Positions 1 to 10,881 of a DNA stretch of 64,000 bases are shown piece by piece. Location of the stretch: the NCBI GenBank assembly GCA_002189035.1, contig NEEC01000008.1, positions 1,426,001 to 1,490,000 on the forward strand, in the 5' to 3' direction. Under the pieces are notes generated by a model that was not told where the DNA came from, made no database searches, and worked only from the letters and a program-made list of their open reading frames with translations. A program made the translations under genes and the position numbers. The stretch is from Utricularia gibba (Eukaryota; Plantae; Magnoliophyta). Numbering within the stretch: the first letter of the stretch is position 1; each line of letters begins with the position of its first letter.

Positions 1-877
1 TTCGGCTTCGTCGCCACTGCCATCCTCATTTCCATGTTCCTTGCCATGGCCATCTTCGAGAAGTTTCTCAGAGTCACCGACACTCGCCGCCGCACCCACC
101 ACGACCTCGAGTCCCAGACCCACCTCGGCAACATCCCACAATCCAATTTCCACCACAAACTGTGCTGCCCATCTCCCAAAGTAAGCATTTTATTTATTCA
201 CTTTGTTTGAGTTTGAGGACATGTACTGGTTTCTTTTCTCTGTTTTTGGTCCCTACTTCTCTTGAATGTCCACCATGGTAACAGATACAGATAGGATACT
301 CCAAAATACCAGGTATTCTTACCGCATACAGGCAGCCTGTCCGAGTCGAGAAGGTTTGTTAGTTTCACTGTATCTGCTGTAGACCCCCAGACCAATACAT
401 AGGACACCCCATACATCAATGCCCACCGAATCAACAGAAGCTTGCTGGCACTAAAAATCCAATCTTTCCGACATTCAGAGATGTCCTGTCCACTAATGTG
501 TTAAAACTTGTTGGCCCATTGCCTCAAGTTTATCAGCCTGTGCAACCATCTATCAATCTAAATCATTGCACATCATTATTGAGGTCCAATTATTTGGAAC
601 AGTGGCCTCAATCCTAGTTGTCCATCTCTTGATAACGACGAATCGGATACCTCAAATGCATTTTCAATTCCAGGACATTTGCTTTAATGCAGACAGGTAA
701 CATGTTTCTTGCTTGGTGTTTGCTGCGGCTTGACTCCAGGCCTGTATGGAAGATGCTCCGGAGGTTTCGGTCGTCATGCCTGGGGATAAAGTTCCGACGT
801 ATCTCGCGAATCCGGCGCCGTGTCCGGAGACTGGGAGTGGGACCATGGAGAATGAATCCAATAAGCAACGACGTTGA
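1..877 (+). CDS. Small single-pass membrane protein, 5' truncated by the window edge (At4g28170/At1g11120-like family). Exons <1-180 and 740-877
   Basis: Frame 1 reads FGFVATAILISMFLAMAIFEKFLR...SPK, then a GTAAGC donor at 181. Acceptor CTCCAG at 739 resumes in phase: ACMEDAPEVSVVMPGDKVPTYLANPAPCP...*. The 'VSVxMPGxxxPTxxAxPAP' motif is typical of this family. Confidence 0.8.
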
Positions 878-1527
878 AGCTTACGGAGGACGGAGTTGTT
901 TGCGCCCCTGATACTTTGTACATTTCTGGAACGGCATTTGTGATACCGGTGGTGCACCGGCGGAGGTTCAATTGCCGATGGCCCGGTAGCACCACCTCCC
1001 ATTCTAGCCCAAGACATTTATCTTCGGCCCATAAATATAAAGCTCATGTTAACACTAATAAATTGGGCTCATAAAACGCTGTGATTTAATCTTATCCATA
1101 GAACCATGTGATTCTTCTTCTTTGCATTGAGTTCTCAAATTTTTTTTTGTGTAAATATATTAAATCTAAACTAAAATAAACAAAATCAACCTATAAAAAC
1201 ATAATACATAGTTTCGAATATACTTGATGTAATATCTTTTAAATCGTGATGATTAACATGGATCATAATACATAATTTCGAATATACGCAATTAAGGAAA
1301 TTCAAATAATTGAAAAAATTTAAAACGTGGGCTCCAAGAAGTTTATGAGAGGCTGCTTGACTTACTTCCACGAAGCGTACATGGGAATATTATCTGGTTG
1401 ACGGTCTTCAACAAGACGCGTAGCGGAGACTATTCAGTAGTGCGCTTTCTTCAGTCGACTTTGTGCTATAAATTAGCGTTGGGAAAGCATTTTCCAGGCA
1501 CCGATTCAAAATTCCGATCCTAACGAA

Positions 1528-1836
1528 ATGAAGAAGATTGTTCTGAAATTCGACTACTCAAACGAGAAAATGAAGCGGAAGGGGATGAAGAAGGTCTCCA
1601 GTATCTCGGGTGTGGAGTCCATCGCTGTTGATGCCGGCGCCAAGAAGCTGACGATCACCGGGGATGTGGACCCGGTGGTGGTTGTGGATCAGTTGCGGAA
1701 GCTTTGCGCCGTCGACATCGTCTCCTTCGGCCCGGCTAAGGAACCAGAGGCGAGCATCAAGATAGACCAAGTCCGGGAGCAATGGCAGCAGGGATTTCTT
1801 GCGCCCTATTCTTATTACTATCAACCTACTTATTAG
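1528..1836 (+). CDS. HMA-domain / HIPP39-like small protein, intronless
   Basis: MKKIVLK...KVSSISGVESIAVD...KKLTITGDVDPVVVVDQLRK is the HIPP39-type HMA fold signature. TATA-like CTATAAAT lies near 1467. Confidence 0.8.
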   Translation: MKKIVLKFDYSNEKMKRKGMKKVSSISGVESIAVDAGAKKLTITGDVDPVVVVDQLRKLCAVDIVSFGPAKEPEASIKIDQVREQWQQGFLAPYSYYYQPTY

Positions 1837-2493
1837 ACCATTTCACCACCGCCCACAGTGAATCCAATCCTCCCTCATCTTGCCGGCGCGGCTGATCCTC
1901 CTTTGTGTTCATAGATTTGTATTATACAAGTATTGTGTCATGTGAATAAGATACAAAACATGCTCTCAGGCATGTGTTTCGTTCTTAGTGTGTGTTCTTT
2001 TCTTGGATGGCGACAGCAATTTGTACGCCTTTTGAAACAGTTGCAAATAAATATGCTCTAGGAGGAGCAGTTCTTGAAATTGAATGTTTTCTGGTATGCA
2101 TCGTTGTGGGCTTTTACTCCTCTCTACTCACCTTCCTCCCATGGATGAACACAATCTTTGGGTTGGTCTGAGCCCTGGATTTGGTTGTCTCTAGTGTTCC
2201 TGAACTTTGATCCCCTGTTCTTGTCCTGCGTCTTTGAGTTCCTGAGGTTCGTTCTTGTGCTGCTGCCGCGAGAACGTATTTCTTGTAATAGTTTTCAAAA
2301 TTCCTATCGAATCTTCCCAAATTGCCTATTTCCCCTAAATCAAAACAGGAGGAATAAGCTCCGTAGGGTCGATAGGATACCGAGGGGATTGCGACGGGGG
2401 AATTCCTCTGTAGCGGATCTCGGTGTCCTCTCCCTTGACTTTCCGAGGTAGCAGGCCCACACTACCGCCCGCCATAGCGACTCATTCTCCACT

Positions 2494-2513
2494 GGGGGGG
2501 GGGGGGGGGGGGG
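2494..2513. repeat. G20 homopolymer in the kinase leader intron
   Basis: 20 consecutive G read directly from the sequence. Confidence 0.9.
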
Positions 2514-3067
2514 AAAAGCGAATCACTTCATTATTTTAGGTCGTTTGACAGTCGTGGGCCTAGGGATTTGTCCGATGCATCGTGCATTTGGGTTGCTTTG
2601 TTGTTTCTGTAGCGCTCTGGCTTCCCAGTAAGCCGTTTTTATATTGTTTTCTTTAGATTTCGGGAATACGTAGATTACTATTTGCTTTGATGAGTCAAGA
2701 TCCTGTTTTTCTTTTTTTTTATTCTGCTTGTGCGACTGATTTCTGTAGTTCTCTGTTATGGGCATCCAGATGGTGTTTTGACCTCAATGATGATTGATGA
2801 TGCGATTTGTAAATTTGGTTGGTAATGTTATATTGCAGTGGATAGAGAAAAAAGGATTGATCTTTTAGAACTCCAAGTGTATGCAGGTATCCAGATGGTG
2901 TTTTATCATCTGGGCTTTCTTGAAGTTTGATGGAGGGGTTGATTCATCTTTCCTTATAATTTGGTGATGGGATTGGAAAACATCAGGCGATTTGAGTCTG
3001 GTGCATGCAGGAGAATATTGTGATCAACTTACTTGTTTGTCAGAGTGGCTTTTGGAACTGATCTTCC

Positions 3068-4796
3068 ATGGAGGAAGAGGCTGCTTCTTGGATCAGGAGA
3101 ACCAAGTTCTCTCACACGTTTTGCCATCGCATGGCTCCTTCAATGCTGTCCTCTTCTTTATCTCTTCAGGCGACCAAAACAGGGAGAGAAGTTGCTCTTC
3201 TACATCAGAGATCACTGCCAAATGTCGTTGAGATTCACAATAACCCTGCAAATAACAAGATGAGGGCAGTGTCGCCTCTCCCAGAATTAACACTTCCAGA
3301 AGCATTCAGTGAAGCTCGCTCAAGCCAGAAAAGGTTCTCGACCCCAAGCCCGAGAAGGGAAGATTCAGAGAAAAGTGTTGTTACAAAGTTCTTCAATCGG
3401 GATAGCAAGGTGACCAAGTCTTTCAGTGAAACCAGGTCTTCCACGCCGGAGGTGAAGTTTTCAAGAAATTCAAGGTCTCTTTCTTATTCCCCTTTCCTGA
3501 AACCGAACGACAAAACAAAGAGTCAGAAAGAGTCTTCAGGGTGGAGCAAGTATTTTGATCACGGTGGTGGAGGGTGAGCGCAGTAGCAACTTTGGACAAA
3601 CAGTTTGAAGTTGATCTTTCCCAGTTATTCCTGGGACTAAGATTTGCGCATGGCGCACATAGTCATCTCTACCGTGGGAAATACAAGGACGAACCTGTTG
3701 CAGTAAAGATCATCAGATTCCCAGATGATGACGATGAAAATGGATCACTGCGTTCTCGCTTTGAGAAGCGATTTACTAGGGAGGTCACCATCTTGTCACG
3801 TCTCCGCCATCAAAATGTGTTGAAGGTAACTGCTTCATTCGCTTCTTTCTTACTCCAGTTCACTGATTGAGCCCTCTAATAAGCACCCATGACTGCAGTT
3901 TGTAGCGGCATGCCAAAAACCTCCAGTCCTCTGCATCATAACAGAGTATCTGCCCTCAGGGTCTTTGAGATCGTACTTGACCAAGCTTGAGGAAAAACCC
4001 CTCCCTCTTCAAAAGCTTTTAACCATGGCTCTGGACATTGCCAGAGGGATGGAATATATCCACTCAAAGGGAGTTATTCATCGGGACCTTAAACCCGAAA
4101 ACATCCTCATAACAGAGGATTTCCATCTCAAACTTGCAGACTTTGGTATTGCTTGCGAGAACTCTTGTGATACTGTTTCAGATGATCCCGGTACATACCG
4201 CTGGATGGCCCCGGAAATGATCGACCGGAAGCACCACAAGCACTACGAGCGCACGGTAGATGTGTATGGATTTGGTCTCATCTTATGGGAACTTGTGGCT
4301 GGAACCATTCCTTATCAAGATATGACACCCATACAAGCTGCCTATGCGGTAGTTACCAAGGTCGGTTACCTTTTTCTGCTACGTCCGAAACACCACCTCT
4401 GCACCAAGCCCTCCTCTCTAGAATCGATTTCCTTCCTTATTGATTGCCGAGCTGACACTGTAATGCACTTAATGCTGCTGCTGCTACTACCTTGCTATTT
4501 CTGTCTTCTAAATCCCATTTGGTCATACGCATTTCCAGAAGTTAAGACCCGTTGTGCCTCCCCACTGCCCTCCCGCCATGAAACTCCTGATCGAGCAATG
4601 CTGGTCATCTCGGCCGGAGAAACGCCCCCAGTTTCCACAGATTGTGGAGGTTCTGGAAGCGTTCGAGTCCTCGTTTGCCCGCGATGGAACCCTGGAACTT
4701 GTTCCCAAATCCATTCTCCAGGATCTCGTGAAGGATGAGCTTCAGCATGATCGAGACATAGGAGCAAGCAACAAGATCGCGCCAAAAAGGGCTTGA
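3068..4796 (+). CDS. STY/Raf-like Ser/Thr/Tyr protein kinase (At5g58950-like). Exons 3068-3825 (1-bp frameshift near 3572), 3899-4360, 4539-4796
   Basis: N-terminus MEEEAASWIRRTKFSHT. Kinase motifs: FAHGAHS, VAVKIIR, HRDLKPEN, DFG, GTYRWMAPE. All introns are GT-AG. A leader intron starts near 2447. Confidence 0.9.
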
Positions 4797-6013
4797 CCAC
4801 CGGGTACTGGTGTCTGGACCCCCATGTGATGTAACCACGTCACGGCGGCGCGTGATCCCATTTGAAATAATATATAAAATTCTTAATCAGAATAATAATA
4901 AAAAAACAACCCCCCACCCCCGGGTCCTAATCGGACTACTTGCCCCAGTTGCCGATTCACATCGTGTCTTAAAACCGCCTGGCAATTTCGTTATGATGAT
5001 AAATAATTGATTTCAGCATCCTACAATTAGCAAATAAAAATATTGTGTATTTTATTCAGGTCGATTTATCAATATATTTTTTAATTTTACTTTCAAAATC
5101 CGTATTTTTGAATTTTAAAAAAACAAGTTATTACCAGGAGAAAAATTGTTCCTTCAAAAATTTCCGATATTATTTTAAATGAAAGCGAAAATAGAGCCAT
5201 AACTATGTTGCAGGAGATCCGAACCTCTTGGTCCACTGAACCACAAATAAAAACAAACGCAACAATATTCCATAAAATATATCAGCGCGTAAAAATTAAT
5301 TAATCGGAATGAGAAAAGAGTGTGGGTGAAGGAAACGCCCCGCCCACTCGCGCGTGCACTCACCCTCGTTCCTTAATTACCTATTACCACGTTAATTATT
5401 CATTAACACGGCCTTGTTGCTTTGTTTAAAAATAAAAACGCTTTTACATTCACATATTCTGTATTATAAAATTATTTAATTTGATAACAAAAATAATTTC
5501 ATAACACTTTTTAGAAACAAAATACATTTAAATGGTAGTGTTTTGAATCGTCAAAAAATCATAAACCGTAATTTAATAGATTCAATTGTAGTTTAAAAAC
5601 TTTTTTTAATATTCTTTTGATATATAACATCAGTCGTAATTAATTAATCGAATTCTAATTAAATCGTTATTTATTTATTTTTTTCAAATTTCATCCAACC
5701 ATTTTAATAAATGATTAAAAATTAAACCGTGAATTAAAACGCAAAATGATGCATTAATGTGGGCATGCGTGTGTGTGATATGGGATTAAGGAGGGGCTTA
5801 ATGGTTAATAAATTAAATTGGCGTATTATTAGTTAATAGAAAATGGTGTTGTTGTTCACGTGAATCCCACGCTGGCGTGTCTTATCTGCCAGATGCTCCG
5901 CCAATGCCATCCGACCCACCAGAAAACAAATAATAATAATAACCAGGTTTAGACTGGATTTTCAACTATAAGTAAACTGTCTTCCCTTCCCAACTTCCTC
6001 TGGCAGGACGCGC

Positions 6014-6538
6014 ATGGAGAATCCGGCGGAAGCCCCCGCTACGGCCACAATGAGCCACCACGGCTCCGCCGCGCCGCCGTCTCCCAGATTCAGATCCACG
6101 CTCAACGAGGCCCACCCAACCACCTTCGTCCAAGCCGACTCCTCCTCCTTCAAACGCGTCGTTCAAATGCTCACCGGTTCCTCCCAAGCTCCGCGCTCCG
6201 GCGCCAAGGAAACTTCGCCTCCCAAGCTCTACGAGCGAAGGAATGCGCACAAGAGCTTCAAAATAAGCACCCCGGGGGCGGGTTCATGGGTCGGGTCGTT
6301 CCGAGGGGAAGTGCTTTCTCCCAGTGTTCTCGATTTCCCGTCGCTGTCGCTCAGCCCCGTGACGCCGCTGATACCGGATCCGTTCATCCCGTCGGCGGGT
6401 CAGCTGAATCTAGCGGCGGAGGAGAAAGCGATTAGAGAGAAGGGGTTTTATCTGCATCCGTCGCCGGTGAGTACCCCTAGGGACTCGGAGCCCCGACTTC
6501 TGCCCCTGTTTCCAGTCACTTCCCCAAAAGCTCTCTGA
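6014..6538 (+). CDS. VQ-motif protein (VQ4/MVQ1-like), intronless
   Basis: TTFVQADSSSFKRVVQMLTG (FxxxVQxLTG), plus KLYERR, LSPSVLDFPSLSLSPVTPL and EEKAIREKGFYLHPSP...PRLLPLFPVTSP. Confidence 0.93.
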   Translation: MENPAEAPATATMSHHGSAAPPSPRFRSTLNEAHPTTFVQADSSSFKRVVQMLTGSSQAPRSGAKETSPPKLYERRNAHKSFKISTPGAGSWVGSFRGEVLSPSVLDFPSLSLSPVTPLIPDPFIPSAGQLNLAAEEKAIREKGFYLHPSPVSTPRDSEPRLLPLFPVTSPKAL

Positions 6539-8036
6539 TTTTTTCTCATCGATGTTGTTCCCTTTTTGGTAATTCAAAAATGCCCAAAAAAAAAGAAAAA
6601 TCCTGATTATTGACATCACATCACGTCACCTTAAAATACTCTCATTTTCACTCTACCTTATTAAATAAATAAAAATATATATTATACTTTTCAAGTTTTT
6701 CCTCAATAATTAAATTATTGCATAACGCATGTAAAAAAAATAAAATTTTCATAAAGGGGTGTCAATGTGACATATGACATCATTAATGATATCACATCGA
6801 TTAGAGATAGAATGAAATTGAATTAAATGACCACGTAAATATTACACAAGGTCTTTTCCCCAACATGGAGAATATCCTTGGTAGGACATATAATATAATA
6901 TATGGTCATATGGCATTGGTAACGGAATAATGAGAAATGTGCGTGCTACAACACATAATATTGGTGTCCTAATTGTACCCTTGTTACCAAGTTCTATGGG
7001 TATTAATGTGGACCATAAATAGGGTCGCGGTCTGCTCCAATAAACCAAAGTATGGACTCGACCCGAAATTATTTGGCTATTTCACTTACACCCAAAAGCT
7101 TGGCCCTTATTGCCGCGTGTCCGACACCGGGCTCATAGGTGGACTCCCGTGTCCCCGATTCAAATTTGGTAATCTCTGTTTTTTTAATCATATATTAAGA
7201 TTATTTTTGAAATGATGAGAAGCGTCATAAATATGTAAGATTTTTGCATTAAATTTTTTTGGAGAGGATTACATGGAAGTTTTCAATTATAGAAATTAAG
7301 ATTTCTATATTGCATTTGAGTTGCCTTATATGCATTTCCTTGGTAGTTATAAAGAGCACATTGATGTGTATAATAGATGGTATCATAGATTTAAAAACGT
7401 TAGCCAATCAGAACAGGCCACGACTGAACAGTTTTTATCGGCTGGAATGAATTATTTACTAGCTGGGCCAACGCGGCCCATTTTCGGAGTCGATGATTGA
7501 TTACCCACAGTTCAGATCGATCGATTCCGTAAGCTTACGACCGCCGGGGCGGCGCGATTCCTCTGCTTCACCTCGTTCCCCTGCCCGGCTGGTGGAGGAG
7601 AATCCCGATTTTGCCGTCCCAGGTTGCGATGCTTACCGACAGGAGGTAATCGACGACTCAATCAACTTGTGCCCTGAAAATGCTGCGTTTCCCTTCTTAC
7701 TGTGTGCAGCTGACGATGGGTAATGCGTGGAAGGGTCAACTGCGTCGGCAGATCCATGTGATCGTTTAGTATTATTCGTTTACTTTGTTTGAACCTTCGC
7801 TCTTGTCGTTGTTTTTGCGTTCAGTTGATGATCGAAGCTGCTAGATTCTGCTGCAATTTGTTGGTTGGACAGTTGAATACATATCGCAGTCTTATGATTC
7901 ATGTACAGTACGAGATAGCAGCTCCTTCCCCCGAAGCAGGGATATGCAAGCTATAGCTTACAAAAACAAACCTCAGAAACAACACAAGAAGTATCTACAT
8001 GCAGCAGTTCACCTCACCACGGGTGCTGGTATCCCT

Positions 8037-8538
8037 TCAACGGTGCTCGCTCCTCGTCTCCCCACTGTAAAGCCTGCGGATCAAACCTGGGTTAAGTTTC
8101 TTGTACAGATCTAACCACCCTTGTGGTTATTTGAGGTGCAGCAGTAGTTACCAGTCATAAACTGTGGGGGAGTTAGGCTCAGGACGGTCGAAATAGTGAG
8201 CACCGATGGACTTGGTGGCAAGGTTGCTGCCGGGGTGAAACACACTCCTCCACACGTTCTCACGGCGCGCCGACGTTGGCGACGGCGTGGTCGGGGTGGT
8301 CGGGGTAGTCGGCATCGACACCGATTTCTGAAACTTGCTGCTGCTGGCCTCTCCTCCAACGTCAACTAACGAAACAAACACAAGATGAGTAGCCCAAACA
8401 AAGACAACAGTGAAGTGACAAGTAACCAACACCTTTGATGTTCATAGGCTTGGTGTAAGCCTTCTTTAGCTCCGTGAGGCCACGCTCCGGTATCGGCCCC
8501 GCAACGACGTCGTCCCAAAGATGCTCAAGGAGGACCAT
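8037..8538 (-). CDS. DRM1: Dormancy/auxin-repressed protein DRM1/ARP. Exons 8538-8433, 8365-8152, 8073-8037
   Basis: The spliced product reads MVLLEHLWDDVVAGPIPERGL...[47 protein letters not shown]. Splice sites are GT-AG and phases match. Confidence 0.93.
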
Positions 8539-10131
8539 GATGATTGCTCAGGACCAGACTGACCGTCGGTCGGGGTGGATGATGGAAGAATATATAGACC
8601 GCCTTCATGTCTATCCATTCACCCAGTTTTTCTTTTTTCTTTTTTTTTTCCAAATACTCAACCAATGGAATACTGTAAACCTGATGGGCTATTTTCAGTG
8701 GGATGTTGACAAGAAATAGTAGCGGTGAAAATAACGGAATTTCTCCCTCAAGAGAACGTTAGAATCTAATCAATGACAATTACCAGGATAAATATTTTAT
8801 GTTTATTAGTATTTATAATTATTTTATATTTAAAATAAAAAATATATATTCATGGATGAAAATGTGAATCCTGAAAATGGGTTATTTTGTTTAAATTAAA
8901 ATTATTCTCATAAACATAATTAATGTCGCATAGACTTGGTGACAGGAAATTAAAGTGAGATACCACTGGAAGTAAATAAAAATATCTCGAAACTGACTAA
9001 TTCCAGGCACTTACTTCTCTGTCCAGGCTACAGGTGTACGGCCGCCAGGAATAATGACTACTTTTCATTAAATTAATCAAAATATAAAATACTTTTCGAT
9101 ATAAAATAGACTATTCTAAGAATAGATTATGCATATCAACATATGGACACCTCAGCGGTGGGGTGAGATGGAGCTCTGGACCGGGGGGTATTTACTATTT
9201 AGTGCTGGTTTTGCTATCGCCAGATCACGTAGGTGGAGGGCCAATAGAGGAAAGTGGATCCATGTTTTGGATAAGGATGAAGACTTGAGATCCGACAGCT
9301 GTGATGTGGGCCCCCTAAACATAATTGGTGACGCCTAGTGCTGATGGATAACGTGTAAGTAAGGCTCCGTTGAATATGTTCAATCGGGGCCGGTCCATTG
9401 ATCTCCTTGTTGGGCCGACAACATTAAACACTATTGGGCCACTACAAGGTGATACTGGGTCCCATCTTATCGGGTAGCAACAGTACTTCCTGCCCAGAAA
9501 CGCAGCCCGTGCAGCACACCGCCGTTTAGGTCAAAAAAATGAAAAAATAAAAAGGAAAAGAAAAAGACAAAGTTCCCCAATTTATGATTTTGCCGGGTAA
9601 AAAGCAAAGGCACATCTCCAACCAATGCCGTCGGTGGAAATGCATGCTACACAGGGTCATGATTTTCTTCTTCTTTATTAATAAAAAAATCAATATATTA
9701 TACTCTACTAAACATTATAATATTCCAATATAAGTAAATATTTTAATATTTTGAGGTAAAATAATATTGACTGAGGTAAATGGTATAAGGTAACGAATCC
9801 GGCGTCGTACGCATGAGGTGAACTTGTAACTTCTCTTGCCTGCTTTTATTACATTTAATATGTGTCAGTTTCTTGTTATAAAGTGAAATGACGTCCGGCA
9901 ACGTGTCAAATTTAATTGCAATTTTATCGTCTTTTTTGGGAAAAATTATTTTGTTAATGACGTTATGGTACACGTTTGAAGACAAATAAAAGACTGATTT
10001 CACTTCAATTTTCAACATATGTGCTTGATAATAACAGAGGGGTGAACTTGAGAATTCACCGCACGAGTGCAAATCGGAGACACAAACCAAACCACCCTAG
10101 CAAACTATAGGAGATGATGGACCTTTGCAGT

Positions 10132-10881
10132 TCACGGCCAGTTGCCGTACTGATAGCCTTCTCCGGCGACGGCGCCGGGAAAAGCGGTGCCGTAGTTCCT
10201 GCGGGTGCTGGCAGGATACCTGCTACCGCTCTCCTTCATCATCTCGTACGGATGATTACCGTTAAACCTTTCGTTGTTCACGTCGTAGAAATACCTCCCG
10301 TTTTCCATCGCTCGGGTGTCGCTCATTCCCTGAGGAAATCGATCGACGCTGGCGGGGAAGAATGCGCCGCCGCCTCTCAGGGAGGTGGAGCTGAGGCCAC
10401 TGGAGTGACTGCCGGAACCGAAAAAGGAAGCGTGGTCGACTTCATTAAACCTTTCGTTGTTGTAGCTTCCCGAGTTGTACTTAGAGGGGTGGGAATCCTG
10501 GCTTTCATCGCTGGGGTAGTATTTCTCCTCGCTCTGGATCTTGCTTTGTTCCGAGAAATCTTCAGGCTGCGTAACGTACGCCACTGGGTTGTAGTTTTTG
10601 GGGAGGTAGCGGTGGAAATCAGAGACCGCGGCGGCTTCCTTCACGTCGGCGCGGTTCTGGCTGAAGAGGCCGTACGCGTTCTGGTTTTCCGGCTGGAAAA
10701 CGGGTTCAGATTTCTGTGGGTTGCTTTCGTACTTATCTTTAGAGCTCTCCGCGGCGACGGTGTCGCCATACACACCCGGCGAGAGCTTAGTAAAGGACTG
10801 GGGCTCTCTAGCGTCAGAATGAAGCGCGAACAACGAAAGAAACAAAGCGAAGAAGAGGAAGAGTGAAGCAGCAGACGCCAT
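10132..10881 (-). CDS. Protein E6-like secreted protein, intronless
   Basis: Signal peptide followed by ARE..FTK, FQPENQNAYGLF and QGMSDTRAMENGRYFYDV, which are cotton fibre E6 family motifs. Confidence 0.85.
   Translation of the reverse strand: MASAASLFLFFALFLSLFALHSDAREPQSFTKLSPGVYGDTVAAESSKDKYESNPQKSEPVFQPENQNAYGLFSQNRADVKEAAAVSDFHRYLPKNYNPVAYVTQPEDFSEQSKIQSEEKYYPSDESQDSHPSKYNSGSYNNERFNEVDHASFFGSGSHSSGLSSTSLRGGGAFFPASVDRFPQGMSDTRAMENGRYFYDVNNERFNGNHPYEMMKESGSRYPASTRRNYGTAFPGAVAGEGYQYGNWP

Noticed and set aside
6850-7200. Possible solo-LTR remnants here and at about 9130-9480 and 40900-41370
   Set aside because: LTR-like composition only. I could not establish TG...CA ends, target-site duplications, a PBS/PPT or a convincing mutual alignment.
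10114-10866. 250-aa plus-strand ORF
   Set aside because: It is the antisense shadow of the E6-like gene.
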